A DNA stretch of 64,000 nucleotides from positions 28,162-92,161 of the forward strand of contig JACRCZ010000056.1 of NCBI GenBank assembly GCA_016218765.1, read 5' to 3'. The notes below the pieces were generated by a model. That model saw nothing but the letters and a program-made list of their open reading frames with translations, was not told where the DNA came from and did no database searches. Both the position numbers and the translations under genes were made by a program. This document shows, one piece after another, positions 11,101-18,990 of the stretch (the stretch's first letter is position 1; each line of letters opens with the position of its first letter). The stretch comes from Deltaproteobacteria bacterium. Its GTDB lineage: Bacteria; Myxococcota_A; Polyangia; DRWM01; JAAZOP01.

Positions 11101-14100
11101 CGCACGAGCCGCCGTTGCGGGTCAAGGTGATCAGGAACGAGTCGGCCACGGGCGTCCCGGCCTGCCGCTCGAAGGTCCGCGCCAGGTGGAAGAGGAACCG
11201 CACGCGGCCGTGGACTTGCGCCGCGTCGTCACCGCACGCGTCGGTGATGCCCAGCAGGTTGACGATGCCGAGCGGGCGGCCGACGGCGAAGCAGAAGCCG
11301 AGCGCCGACTCGAGGTCGGCCTCGAGATCGGCGCCGTCGCCCGCCGGCTCCGCGTAACGCAGCGGCAGCACCCGCACGCCCCGGCGCCGCAGCTCGGATT
11401 CGAGCTCACGGGCCCGCGGGCCGCCGTCGCTCGCCACGACCAGCGCACGACCCGCGACGGACGCGGCCTCCGCGGAAGGCGGAAGTCCCTCGTTGGCGAC
11501 ACCCCAGACGCGGAAGCGGCCTCCGCCGAGGTCGCCGAAGTCGATGCTCGTCGGGTCGAGGCGCTCGCCTTCCGGCGCCGGCGGGATGCTCGGCCGCACG
11601 CGGGCGGCGGGCCGCTCGGCCTTCGGCGTCGCGTCGACCGCGCGCAGGGTGTGGCGCACGACCCGGGTCTCCGGCCGCGCGTAGCCGGTCACCGCACGGA
11701 GCCAATCGGCGTGCTTCGTGGCGTCGATCCGCCCGTCGAGACGCTCCGCCACGCGGCGGTAGAGCGCGCAGGCGATCTGCGAGCCGAAGCCGGCGGCCAG
11801 GCGCAAGGCGTACTCGCACTCGTGGGGTCCGCCGCGCGAGAGGTTGAGGTCCCCCAGCTCGGGATCGGGCTCGCGCAGGTTGGGGATCGGCGGCGCCTCG
11901 CCGCGCACGAGCGCGGTGAGCGCGACGGCGTCTTCCAGGCCGGCGCCCATCGGGTGGCCGGTGTAGCCCTTGGTGTTGGTGACCAGGACGTGCCGGGCGT
12001 TTTCCCCGAAGGCGCGGCGCAGGGCGGCGATTTCGGCCGAGGCGCTGCCGCCGCGGGCCGGGGTGTAGGTCTCGTGGGACATGAACAGGCAGCGCGGCGC
12101 CAGGTCGGCGCGGGCGAGGCCGTGGAGGCGCTCCGCGTCCGCGACGAGCGCCTCGACCACCTCGGCCACGTGGCCGCTGTCCAGCCGCAGGGCATGGCCG
12201 CCGCTGTTGGCGCACCGGGTCGCCAGGACTTCCGCGAGCGGCATCACGCCGCGCTCGGCGCACGCCTCGGCGGTCTCGACGATGAGCGCGACGGCGCCCA
12301 TGCCGAGCAGCATGCCGTGGCGCCGCCGGTCGAACGGCAGCGCCGCGTCCTCGGCGCGCTCGTCCGTCGCCGCGGCGCCGGTGGCCAGGAACCCGGTGCC
12401 AATCCACGGCAGCAGCGCGTCGCTCGTCACGTCGTCGGCGCCGACGACGATCACCCGGCGGCAGCGGCCCGAGCGGATCCAGTCCTCGGCGGTCGCCAGC
12501 GCGAGCGACGTCGACGCGCACGCGGCATTGACCTGGAGGTTGGGGCCGGTGGCGCCGGTGAACGCGGCCACCTGGGCGTGCCCCAGGGCGAGCACCTCGA
12601 GCAGGAACGTCCGCGAGAACGACTTGGACGCGCCGCCGTTGTTGCGGGAGGCGATCTCGGAGGCGAAGCGGTCGTAGCCCGGGAAGGCCGAGGCGAAGAT
12701 CACTCCGGTCTCGCGGCCGACCGCCTCGGGCAGGCGCCAGCCGGCGCCGACGAACCCGCCGTTGCGCGTCGGCCGCTTCGTCTCGACCAGCGGCAGCCCG
12801 GCCTCGCGCAGCGCCTCGACCGTCGCCGCCAGCGCGAGGCGCGAGGTGGCGTCCAGGGTGCCGTCCAGCTCTTCCGAGGCGCCGTAGTCCTCGACCAGCC
12901 GCACGTCGTGGCCACGCGCGGCGAGCCGGATCACGTCGTCCGTGCTCTTCACCGCCGTCATCGTGGGCTCGCCGTCGGCGGCCTTGACGACGCGGACGAC
13001 GTTCTTGCGCACCATCTCCTGGCGCAGCCCTTCCGGGACCGAGTCGAACAGGGTCTCGCCGCGCAGCAGGCGATCGAAGTGGGCGGGGTCGAACGGGTCG
13101 TCGACGCCGGGCAGGCCGAGCGCGAGGCCGCTCACCACGACGGGAGTGCGGGAGGGGCGCTCGACGACGACGGGGGGCGGTGGGACGGAAGGGGGGCGGG
13201 AGGGAGTCGTCGGTTTTCGGTTTTCGGTTTTCGGTTCCGGGCCGGACCCCGCATCCGAACCGCGGGCTTCAGCCCGCGGCTGAGCCGAGGCACCCAGGCG
13301 CAGGTCCAAGCCCGGGGAGCGGGCGTCGAGGTCGACGGGGACGCCGTCGGCCCAGAGGGTCGCCAGGCCCTCGAGCAGCGAGCGGATCTCGCCGCGCTTG
13401 GGGAGGTTGGTCGTGCAGGCCGTCACGCAGCGTCCGGCGAGGATCTCGCCGACGAAGCCGCTGAGGGCCTTCTTCGGGCCGCACTCGACGAAGACCGCGA
13501 CGCCGGACGCCGCCATGCGCTCGACGATGCCGATGAACTCGACCGGCGAGGCGACCTGGCGCGCGAGCAGCGTTCGGATGCCGTCCGGGGAGTCCGGGTA
13601 CGGCTCGGCGTTGACGTTGGAGTAGACGGGGATGGCCGGCGCGTGCACGTCGGCCGCGTCGAGCACCTGGCGCAGCGGGACGGAGGCGGATGCGACGACG
13701 GCGGAATGGAAGGCGTGGGAGACCGGCAGGCGCGTGCACGGCACACCGCGGGCGTCGAACAGCGCCATCGCCTTGCGCACGGCGTCGGTGGCGCCGGCGA
13801 TGATGGTCTGGGAGGGCGAGTTCTTGTTCGCGGGGAGGACGTAGCCCTCGACCTGCCGCAGGACGTCCTCGACGACGCCGAGCGGCGCGGCGACGGCGGC
13901 CATCCAGCCCGGGTCGCCGCCGGCCGGCGTCGCGGCGGCCATCTCGCGGCCGCGCGCCGCGACGATGCGCAGCGCCTCGTCGACGCGCAGCACGCCGCCG
14001 ACGACGCACGCGGCATACTCGCCCAGCGAATGTCCGGCCACCACGTCCGGCCGCAATCCGTGCTCGCCGAGCAGCCGGGCGATGGCGACGTCGCAGGCGA

Positions 14101-17074
14101 CCATGGCGGGCTGCGTGATGGTGGTCATGCGCAGCGCCGCTTCCGCATCGCCGCCGGCCTCGCCGAAACCCGCACCGAAGATGAAGCTCGTCAGCGGCCG
14201 GCCAAGGATCGGCTCCATCACGGCGTCGGCCTCGCGCAGCGTCTCCGCCACGACCGGATGCCGGCGCGCCAGTTTTTCGCACATCCCGACCCACTGCGAG
14301 CCCTGGCCGGGGAAGAGCCACGCGGTCTTTCCCTCGGGCCGCGGCTGCTGCGGCCCGCGCAGGAAGACTCCCTTCGTGGCGAGGGTGGTGCGGCCCTTGC
14401 CGCCGAGGAGCGCGTCCATGGCCAGGCGGGCCTGGCCCGCCAGCTCGCCGATCGAGGTCGCGGCGAGCGCCGCGCGCCACGGCATTTCCTGTCCGGCGCG
14501 CCGTGAAGCCGCGAGGCGGCGGAGCTCGCCGCCCGCATCGCACTCGGCGGCCAGCGACCGCAAGGCATACGCCAGCGACTGCTCGTCGACTCCGCCCAGC
14601 GTGACGACCTCGCCGTCGAGCTCGGGCGTGGGGGGCGCCGCCGGAACGACCGCGGCCGCACTCGCCGCCGTCGCCGACGGCGCCGTCGGGTCCCCCGTAT
14701 CCGAACCGCGGGCTTCAGCCCGCGGCTGAACGTCGGCGGAAGCCGCACCCTGGCCCCGAAGGGACTCGGCGACTGTGCCGCCGAGCAGGGTGCGGTTCGG
14801 TTCGCGGAGGGTCGGGGCCGCCGCCGACGTCGCCGCGCCCACGGTCTCGATGCGTTTCATGACGTAGTCGGCGAGGTCGCGGAGGCGCGGGTAGTCGGCC
14901 AGGCGGAACTTCTCGTCCCGCGGCAGCCCGTAGCGCTCGCGCACGGAGGCGAGGATCTCGGCCTGCTTCACCGTATCGACGCCGAGGTCCGCTTCCAGCT
15001 CGAAGTCCAGCTCGATCTCCGCCGCGTCGTACCCGGTCTTCGCGCACAGCACGTCGATCAGCGCCTTGGCCACGTCGTCCGGGTGGTGGCCGGGCGTGGG
15101 CGCCGCAGGCGCGCTCGCCGGTGCCGCCACGGGCGTCGCGGGCTGCGTGGCGCCCCTACCGGTCAATTCCACCGGCGTGGTCGGGGTCGGGGACACCGGA
15201 GGAGGGGCCGGCGTCGCGGGCGCACTCGCCGTCGGCGCCGAGGGCGCCGCCGGCTGCGTGGCGCCCCTACCGGTCGACTCGTGCGCCGTCGCGGTTCCGC
15301 CCACGGTTTCGATGCGCCGGACGACGTAGTCGGCGAGGTCGCGGAGGCGCGGGTAGTCGGCGAGGCGGAACTTCTCGTCCCGCGGCAGGCCGTAGCGCTC
15401 GCGCACGGAGGCAAGGATCTCCGCCTGCTTGACGGTGTCGACGCCGAGGTCCGCTTCCAGCTCGAAGTCCAGCTCGATCTCGGCCGCGTCGTATCCGGTC
15501 TTCGCGCAGAGCACGTCGACCAGCGCCTTTTCCACCTGGGCACGATCCACCATTTCCGCCTCCCCGACCGGCGCGACCGGCTTCGCCGGCTGCGCCTCTG
15601 CAACGACCACCGTCCCGCCGGGCCCCCCGGCGGACTGTTCGGGCACCGTCACGCGGCTCTTGCCGGCCGATTGCGGCCGCCATTCCTCGAGCACGACATG
15701 GAAGTTGGTTCCGCCGAATCCGAACGCGGAGACACCGGCGCGCCTCGGCTCGCCCGCCGGCGGCTCGCTCCACGGCTCGGCCTCGGTCTGGATCCGGAAC
15801 GACGACCCTTCGATCCCGCAAGCGGGGTTGTGGCTGGCGAAGTGCATGGTGGGCGGGAGCACGCGGTGGTGGAGCGCGAGGGTGGCCTTCAGCAGGCCGA
15901 CCGCTCCCGCAGCCGCCTTGAGATGCCCGATCTGCGACTTGACGGAGCCCAGGGCCACGGGGCGCGACTTGCGCCCGTCGCCCCACACCTGGTGCAGGAC
16001 GGTCGCCTCGGCGGCGTCGCCGACACGGGTCGAGGTGCCGTGCGCTTCGATGAGGTCGACCGTCGCGGGGTTCACGCCGGCCGCGGCGTACGCGCGGCGC
16101 ACGGCGCGGAGCTGGCCCTGGGGGTTCGGCGCGGTGATGCCCTTGCCGCGCCCGTCGCTGGACCCGCCGACCGCGCGGACCACGGCGTAGATGCGGTCGC
16201 CCGCCCGCTCGGCGTCCTCGAGCCTCTTGAGCACGAACACCGCACAGCCCTCGCCCATGACGAAGCCGGTGGCTCCGGCGTCGAACGGGCGGGAGCCGTC
16301 GGGGGAGAGCGCGCCGATCTTGCAGAACTTGACGTAGGTGGCGGCGCTCATGCCGGTATCGACGCCGCCGCTGACGACGACGTCGCATTCGCCCGCGCGC
16401 AGGGCGCGGCCGGCGGACGCCAGCGCGGCCAGCGAGCTGGCGCAGGCGGCGTCGACGGTGTAGTTCGAGCCGCCGAGGTCGAGGACATTGGCGACGCGGC
16501 CCGCGATCACGTTGGACAGCTCGCCCGGCATCGTGTCCTCGGTCAGCACCGGCAGCGGTCGCTTGTAGTTCGCTTCCACCGAGCGCAGCAGGCGATCGCG
16601 CAGCTCGGCCGGCAGGTCGCTCCAGCCGTCCGCGGCGACGAGCGCCCGGGCGAACTCCGGGAAGAGGACGCGCGCGGCGGTCTTCTCGCGGCGGTCGCCG
16701 CCCAGGGCATTGCCGAGGATGACGCCGCAGCGTTCGCGATCGAGCGCGTCTCCCGCGTCGCGCAGCGCGTCCTCGACGCTCGCCAGGGCGACCCGCTGCG
16801 CGTCGTCCATGGAATCGACGACGGCGGGCGGAAGGCGGAAGCGCTTGCGGTCGAAGGCGAAGCCGGTCAGGAACCCGCCAATGCGGCTGTAGGTCCGATC
16901 GGGCGCCGCGGGATCGGGCGACCAGTACAGCGCCGAGTCCCAGCGCTCGGGCGGCACCTCGCGCACGCCGTCGCGACGCGCCAGCACGCCCTCCCAGAAC
17001 TCGCCGGCGTCGAGTCCGATCGGCGTTCGCGCGCCGACGCCGACGATGGCGACGTCGAGCTTTTCCCCTGCCAC
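8198..17074 (-). CDS. Iterative type I PKS/FAS-like megasynthase: KS-ACP-ACP-AT-KS-(structural KR)-KR-DH-PPTase, about 2958 aa
   Basis: KS1: DAACASS, HGTST, KSQIGH. Two ACPs: LEADLGVDTVKQAEIL. AT: FPGQGSQ, GHSLG, HAFH. KS2: NAACAS, SHETYT, KGYTGH. KR: TGGAGGIT, YSAAN. DH: HVIEGIPVLPG. Sfp-type PPTase: GVDVE, WTLKEAVTKA. Start taken at GTG 17074. Confidence 0.93.
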   Translation of the reverse strand: MAGEKLDVAIVGVGARTPIGLDAGEFWEGVLARRDGVREVPPERWDSALYWSPDPAAPDRTYSRIGGFLTGFAFDRKRFRLPPAVVDSMDDAQRVALASVEDALRDAGDALDRERCGVILGNALGGDRREKTAARVLFPEFARALVAADGWSDLPAELRDRLLRSVEANYKRPLPVLTEDTMPGELSNVIAGRVANVLDLGGSNYTVDAACASSLAALASAGRALRAGECDVVVSGGVDTGMSAATYVKFCKIGALSPDGSRPFDAGATGFVMGEGCAVFVLKRLEDAERAGDRIYAVVRAVGGSSDGRGKGITAPNPQGQLRAVRRAYAAAGVNPATVDLIEAHGTSTRVGDAAEATVLHQVWGDGRKSRPVALGSVKSQIGHLKAAAGAVGLLKATLALHHRVLPPTMHFASHNPACGIEGSSFRIQTEAEPWSEPPAGEPRRAGVSAFGFGGTNFHVVLEEWRPQSAGKSRVTVPEQSAGGPGGTVVVAEAQPAKPVAPVGEAEMVDRAQVEKALVDVLCAKTGYDAAEIELDFELEADLGVDTVKQAEILASVRERYGLPRDEKFRLADYPRLRDLADYVVRRIETVGGTATAHESTGRGATQPAAPSAPTASAPATPAPPPVSPTPTTPVELTGRGATQPATPVAAPASAPAAPTPGHHPDDVAKALIDVLCAKTGYDAAEIELDFELEADLGVDTVKQAEILASVRERYGLPRDEKFRLADYPRLRDLADYVMKRIETVGAATSAAAPTLREPNRTLLGGTVAESLRGQGAASADVQPRAEARGSDTGDPTAPSATAASAAAVVPAAPPTPELDGEVVTLGGVDEQSLAYALRSLAAECDAGGELRRLAASRRAGQEMPWRAALAATSIGELAGQARLAMDALLGGKGRTTLATKGVFLRGPQQPRPEGKTAWLFPGQGSQWVGMCEKLARRHPVVAETLREADAVMEPILGRPLTSFIFGAGFGEAGGDAEAALRMTTITQPAMVACDVAIARLLGEHGLRPDVVAGHSLGEYAACVVGGVLRVDEALRIVAARGREMAAATPAGGDPGWMAAVAAPLGVVEDVLRQVEGYVLPANKNSPSQTIIAGATDAVRKAMALFDARGVPCTRLPVSHAFHSAVVASASVPLRQVLDAADVHAPAIPVYSNVNAEPYPDSPDGIRTLLARQVASPVEFIGIVERMAASGVAVFVECGPKKALSGFVGEILAGRCVTACTTNLPKRGEIRSLLEGLATLWADGVPVDLDARSPGLDLRLGASAQPRAEARGSDAGSGPEPKTENRKPTTPSRPPSVPPPPVVVERPSRTPVVVSGLALGLPGVDDPFDPAHFDRLLRGETLFDSVPEGLRQEMVRKNVVRVVKAADGEPTMTAVKSTDDVIRLAARGHDVRLVEDYGASEELDGTLDATSRLALAATVEALREAGLPLVETKRPTRNGGFVGAGWRLPEAVGRETGVIFASAFPGYDRFASEIASRNNGGASKSFSRTFLLEVLALGHAQVAAFTGATGPNLQVNAACASTSLALATAEDWIRSGRCRRVIVVGADDVTSDALLPWIGTGFLATGAAATDERAEDAALPFDRRRHGMLLGMGAVALIVETAEACAERGVMPLAEVLATRCANSGGHALRLDSGHVAEVVEALVADAERLHGLARADLAPRCLFMSHETYTPARGGSASAEIAALRRAFGENARHVLVTNTKGYTGHPMGAGLEDAVALTALVRGEAPPIPNLREPDPELGDLNLSRGGPHECEYALRLAAGFGSQIACALYRRVAERLDGRIDATKHADWLRAVTGYARPETRVVRHTLRAVDATPKAERPAARVRPSIPPAPEGERLDPTSIDFGDLGGGRFRVWGVANEGLPPSAEAASVAGRALVVASDGGPRARELESELRRRGVRVLPLRYAEPAGDGADLEADLESALGFCFAVGRPLGIVNLLGITDACGDDAAQVHGRVRFLFHLARTFERQAGTPVADSFLITLTRNGGSCGIGTAPAGSTLGAALTGATKAVAREWAQAVVKAVDVSPLNGAADVVGAILAEAATADGMVEVGVAGGRRSPALAREVPSAGSPDLGPESVVVLTGGAGGITAAIGAELARRHRCRLAVLDIVARPPEGAENLDLEAERAAIRQRLTAMGERVTPARVDAELVPLRRAKGAATALTAYRAAGSEVHYESCDLSDRDAVARALDGVRKRFGRIGGVVHGAGVEESRPLASKTAAGFDRVFRGKALGALHLWALVRDDRPAFFTVFGSVAGRFGNEGQIDYSAANETVARLAWEITSNDPATRALAIDWTGWDGIGMAVAGGMRTILVERGVDLLPPEIGVPLAADLIDRGAIGEVVVCGKLGALAKPRIAGEAASVAAAPAVMVPSLPAPKSFDGSAAELREGGIGLAAPVDEAEVSLVLDPERQSFLFDHVIEGIPVLPGVVGLELMTQAARRVLGAGNVAIEDVSFERPVRAHPGRPVTVVARAKRGADGVECVLESRSTAATGRPLEAVHFRAKAAAMSDGGRDFAQSAPRTQRSAKGDPTLGPLGQLRLLEARGPEAPEIYRHFFHGPSFRVLTAATGVGPEGLVARAVIPPSAADATFGDLCGPRLREIGLQAAGLWTMCRHGVNALPHGIGRAERLDTPAPGREIVVRVRAKEGTTAAGTGARVHVFDVELLGEDGAVFERLRDVALIETGPLAGARPATASFLDSPESVDVRLDVLAASADVVAAAVLGPAEATLFRQIGSRKRRVDWLGGRVAAKRLVSAFLLETEGAAIRDKDIGVAADPRGAPVVRVAGRTDLEHLLPLLAISHGAGRAIAVLAPRNSGTRVGVDVERVEPRDEAFVRHVLTDDEARLAGAVGLNGDGATVLWTLKEAVTKALGVGMAVDPRDVRVVGMHEGEATVELVGEAEAHRASIGGRTLTARYVLDDSVATAWAMMEVDPSSAAPASVPSVPLPFGLARRGYLG
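9488..9530. repeat. Imperfect 9-10 nt periodic element (cttggcgc/ctttgcg units) in frame inside the PKS DH region
   Basis: cttggcgctcctttgcgttcttggcgcactttgcgcgaaatcc, translated as DFAQSAPRTQRSAKG between the two hotdog halves. Confidence 0.55.
13211..13236. repeat. Heptamer array (CGGTTTT)3CGGTT in frame in the PKS AT-KS2 linker
   Basis: Read directly; encodes EPKTENRKP. A related array lies intergenically at 48974-49004. Confidence 0.85.
13253..13283. repeat. 31-bp palindromic element (CCGCGGGC-TTCA-GCCCGCGG hairpin), copy 1, in frame in the PKS
   Basis: atccgaaccgcgggcttcagcccgcggctga is identical to 14699-14729; both read QPRAEARGSD. Confidence 0.9.
14699..14729. repeat. 31-bp palindromic element, copy 2, in frame in the PKS ACP2-AT linker
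   Basis: Identical to 13253-13283. Confidence 0.9.
15141..15164. repeat. 24-bp GTAG-type REP-like element, copy 1, in frame in the ACP1-ACP2 linker
   Basis: ggctgcgtggcgcccctaccggtc (minus strand GACCG-GTAG-GGGCGCCACGCAGCC) is identical to 15252-15275; reads TGRGATQP. Confidence 0.8.
15252..15275. repeat. 24-bp GTAG-type REP-like element, copy 2
   Basis: Identical to 15141-15164. Confidence 0.8.
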
Positions 17075-17160
17075 TTCACACCCCCGACGACTTCTCCGTT
17101 GCGGCAAGCCGGAAACGGCCGGCCGGACGGCCCGCGGGACGAGCCGTCGCGCCGCGACCA

Positions 17161-17176
17161 AGCGAGAACGGTGCCA
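17161..17176 (-). promoter_or_regulatory. Candidate sigma54 (-24/-12) promoter for the PKS
   Basis: Minus strand TGGCAC-CGTTC-TCGCT has exact GG-N10-GC spacing and lies about 85 nt upstream of the GTG. Confidence 0.4.
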
Positions 17177-17346
17177 CACGGGGCCGGGACCGGACACCGC
17201 CGCCACCGGCCCGACCGCGACGGAATCACGAGCTTCGAAGGGCGGGCGGCCGAGGTGCGCAGCGCGCTACGCACCCGCCAAGGCACCGGGAAGGCATCCG
17301 CCGCTTCGCACGCCGCGAAGCGGCGTTCGCACCCGTTACGCCAGCC

Positions 17347-17367
17347 GCCCTTCGACAGGCTCAGGGC
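17347..17367. repeat. 21-bp imperfect palindrome GCCCTTCGACAGGCTCAGGGC (intergenic copy)
   Basis: Exact reverse complement at 45937-45957; variants at 35990-36010 and 45857-45876. Confidence 0.85.
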
Positions 17368-17425
17368 CGGCGTGCCGCCCGCCCACGCATGGCGAGGGGT
17401 GCGACCGCGATTGCCACGCCAACGG

Positions 17426-18196
17426 CTACGCCAGACGCCGGCGCACCACCTCGGCCAGGAGCAGCACGAGGACGACGACGAGGAACGGGCGGATGACGCG
17501 TTCGCCCCGGCGCAACGCGACCATCGACCCGAGCTGATTGCCGGCGATGCCCGCGGCCGCGGCGTAGAGCGCCAGCGGGAAGACCACCCGCCCGCCGGCG
17601 AGGAAGACGACGACGGCGCCGGCGTTGCTGGCCAGGTTCACGAGCCGTGCGTTGCCGGACGCCGTGAGCAAGTCGAAGCGCAGCGCCAGATGGAACCCGA
17701 TGGCCAGGAACGTCCCCGTCCCGGGACCGAAGAAGCCGTCCCACGCGCCGACGAGCAGGCCGAGCACCGCCGCCCTGAGCAGCGGCCGCCCGGCCTCGCC
17801 GCCGGCTGCGAGCGGCGCACGGCGGAGCAGCCGATCCTGGAACAGGAGCACGACGAGCGCCCCCGGGACCAGAACGAGCACGACGGTGTGTACCGTGGCC
17901 GGCGGGACGAGCAGCACGGCGCGGGCCCCGGCCGCCGAGCCAACGAGCGCGCCGGCGGCGGCGACGAGCGCGGTGCGCACGTGGATCCTGCGCGCGCGCC
18001 AGTAGCGCCACGTCGCGGTGAGGGTGCCCAGCACGGACGAGAACTTGTTGGTCGCCAGGGCAGCGTGGGGCGGCAGGCCGAGCGCGAGGTACGCGGGCAC
18101 GCTGATCAGCCCGCCCCCGCCGGCGATCGAATCGACGAACCCCGCCAGGAATACCAATCCGCACAGCGCGACGATCGCCCACAGGGAGAGGTCCAC
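17426..18196 (-). CDS. TSUP (TauE/SafE sulfite exporter) family membrane protein
   Basis: LAGFVDSIAGGGGLI, ATNK, GAWDGFFGPGTGTF and NLASN motifs, with about 8 hydrophobic segments. Confidence 0.9.
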   Translation of the reverse strand: MDLSLWAIVALCGLVFLAGFVDSIAGGGGLISVPAYLALGLPPHAALATNKFSSVLGTLTATWRYWRARRIHVRTALVAAAGALVGSAAGARAVLLVPPATVHTVVLVLVPGALVVLLFQDRLLRRAPLAAGGEAGRPLLRAAVLGLLVGAWDGFFGPGTGTFLAIGFHLALRFDLLTASGNARLVNLASNAGAVVVFLAGGRVVFPLALYAAAAGIAGNQLGSMVALRRGERVIRPFLVVVLVLLLAEVVRRRLA

Positions 18197-18326
18197 GATT
18201 GCTCCGCTCGCGGGCGGATGGCCCCGCGGCGCGCGCGACCCTAGCGCGGGTTGACCTTACGTTCCAGCGGCGTCAGGCTGCCGGTCGAGAACCGCGGCGC
18301 CCGCGGGCGCAAGGAACGGCGCGACC

Positions 18327-18965
18327 ATGGAGCGAACCGCTACCCTTCCCCATCGGTGTCCATCGGTGTTCATCGGTGGTTTCCTCCTTGTCCTGACCGG
18401 ACTACCCGGCTGCAGGAGTCGCCCGACGGGCGCGGACGGGAGCCACGAGACCGCGGTCACGGCGGCGACGGCGGCCGGGGACGGCGCGGCGACGGCGGCC
18501 GGGGACGGCGCGGCGACGGCGGAGGACGCGGCGACCGCGAGCCCGGTGCCCGGCGCGGAAGGCGGCGCGGAGGCGCCCGCGGCAGGCCCCGAGGACGTCG
18601 TGCGCCGCTACATCCTGCTCGGGGCGGCGGGTGGGGATCTGCGGCAGGCGCGCGAGCTGGTCGATCCGCGCTGCCTCGACGCGGGCGTCGGCCGGGTCGA
18701 GGCCGTGATCCTGCTCGGCGCCCGCATGGCCGTCGGCAGCGTCGAGACGACCCTGCTGGCATCCGACGAGGCGACCGCCAAGGTCGAGGCCCGCATCTCG
18801 GGGTCGGTCTACGCCGCCGACCCGGCCGGCTCCGTGGAGGTGCTCGGAACCAACGTCGACATCCGCGTCGGCGAGCTGAGCGCGAGCGGCATGGTCCGGA
18901 CGGCGACGCTGCGGCTGAAGAAGATCGACGGCTCCTGGCGCGTGACCTGTCGCGAAGCCGAGTGA
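18327..18965 (+). CDS. Hypothetical lipoprotein
   Basis: Signal peptide ending LPGC, an Ala/Thr/Asp linker, and a C-terminal NTF2-like-looking segment (LKKIDGSWRV). Confidence 0.6.
   Translation: MERTATLPHRCPSVFIGGFLLVLTGLPGCRSRPTGADGSHETAVTAATAAGDGAATAAGDGAATAEDAATASPVPGAEGGAEAPAAGPEDVVRRYILLGAAGGDLRQARELVDPRCLDAGVGRVEAVILLGARMAVGSVETTLLASDEATAKVEARISGSVYAADPAGSVEVLGTNVDIRVGELSASGMVRTATLRLKKIDGSWRVTCREAE
18345..18383. repeat. Decamer repeat element (CATCGGTGTY)n inside a signal-peptide coding region, copy 1
   Basis: cttccccatcggtgtccatcggtgttcatcggtggtttc matches 26315-26353 at 37 of 39 positions. Confidence 0.9.
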
Positions 18966-18990
18966 CCGGCGCGGGGGCGGCCGGGGCGGT

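Noticed and set aside
8168-14506. 2112-aa plus-strand ORF, and similar long ORFs such as 15083-18244, 1095-3656, 40594-43179 and 54032-57502
   Set aside because: Antisense or alternate-frame shadows of real genes. They are Arg/Gly/Ala-rich with no motifs, as expected from stop-codon scarcity at high GC.
14848-15527. Near-identical ACP1/ACP2 nucleotide duplication as an assembly artefact
   Set aside because: The copies differ at several synonymous sites and have distinct flanks, and tandem ACPs are normal in Pfa-like synthases.
8198-17074. Calling the PKS pfaA or an enediyne pksE
   Set aside because: Domain order differs (ACPs before AT, second KS), and pfaBCD or the enediyne thioesterase cassette is absent, so no gene symbol was assigned.
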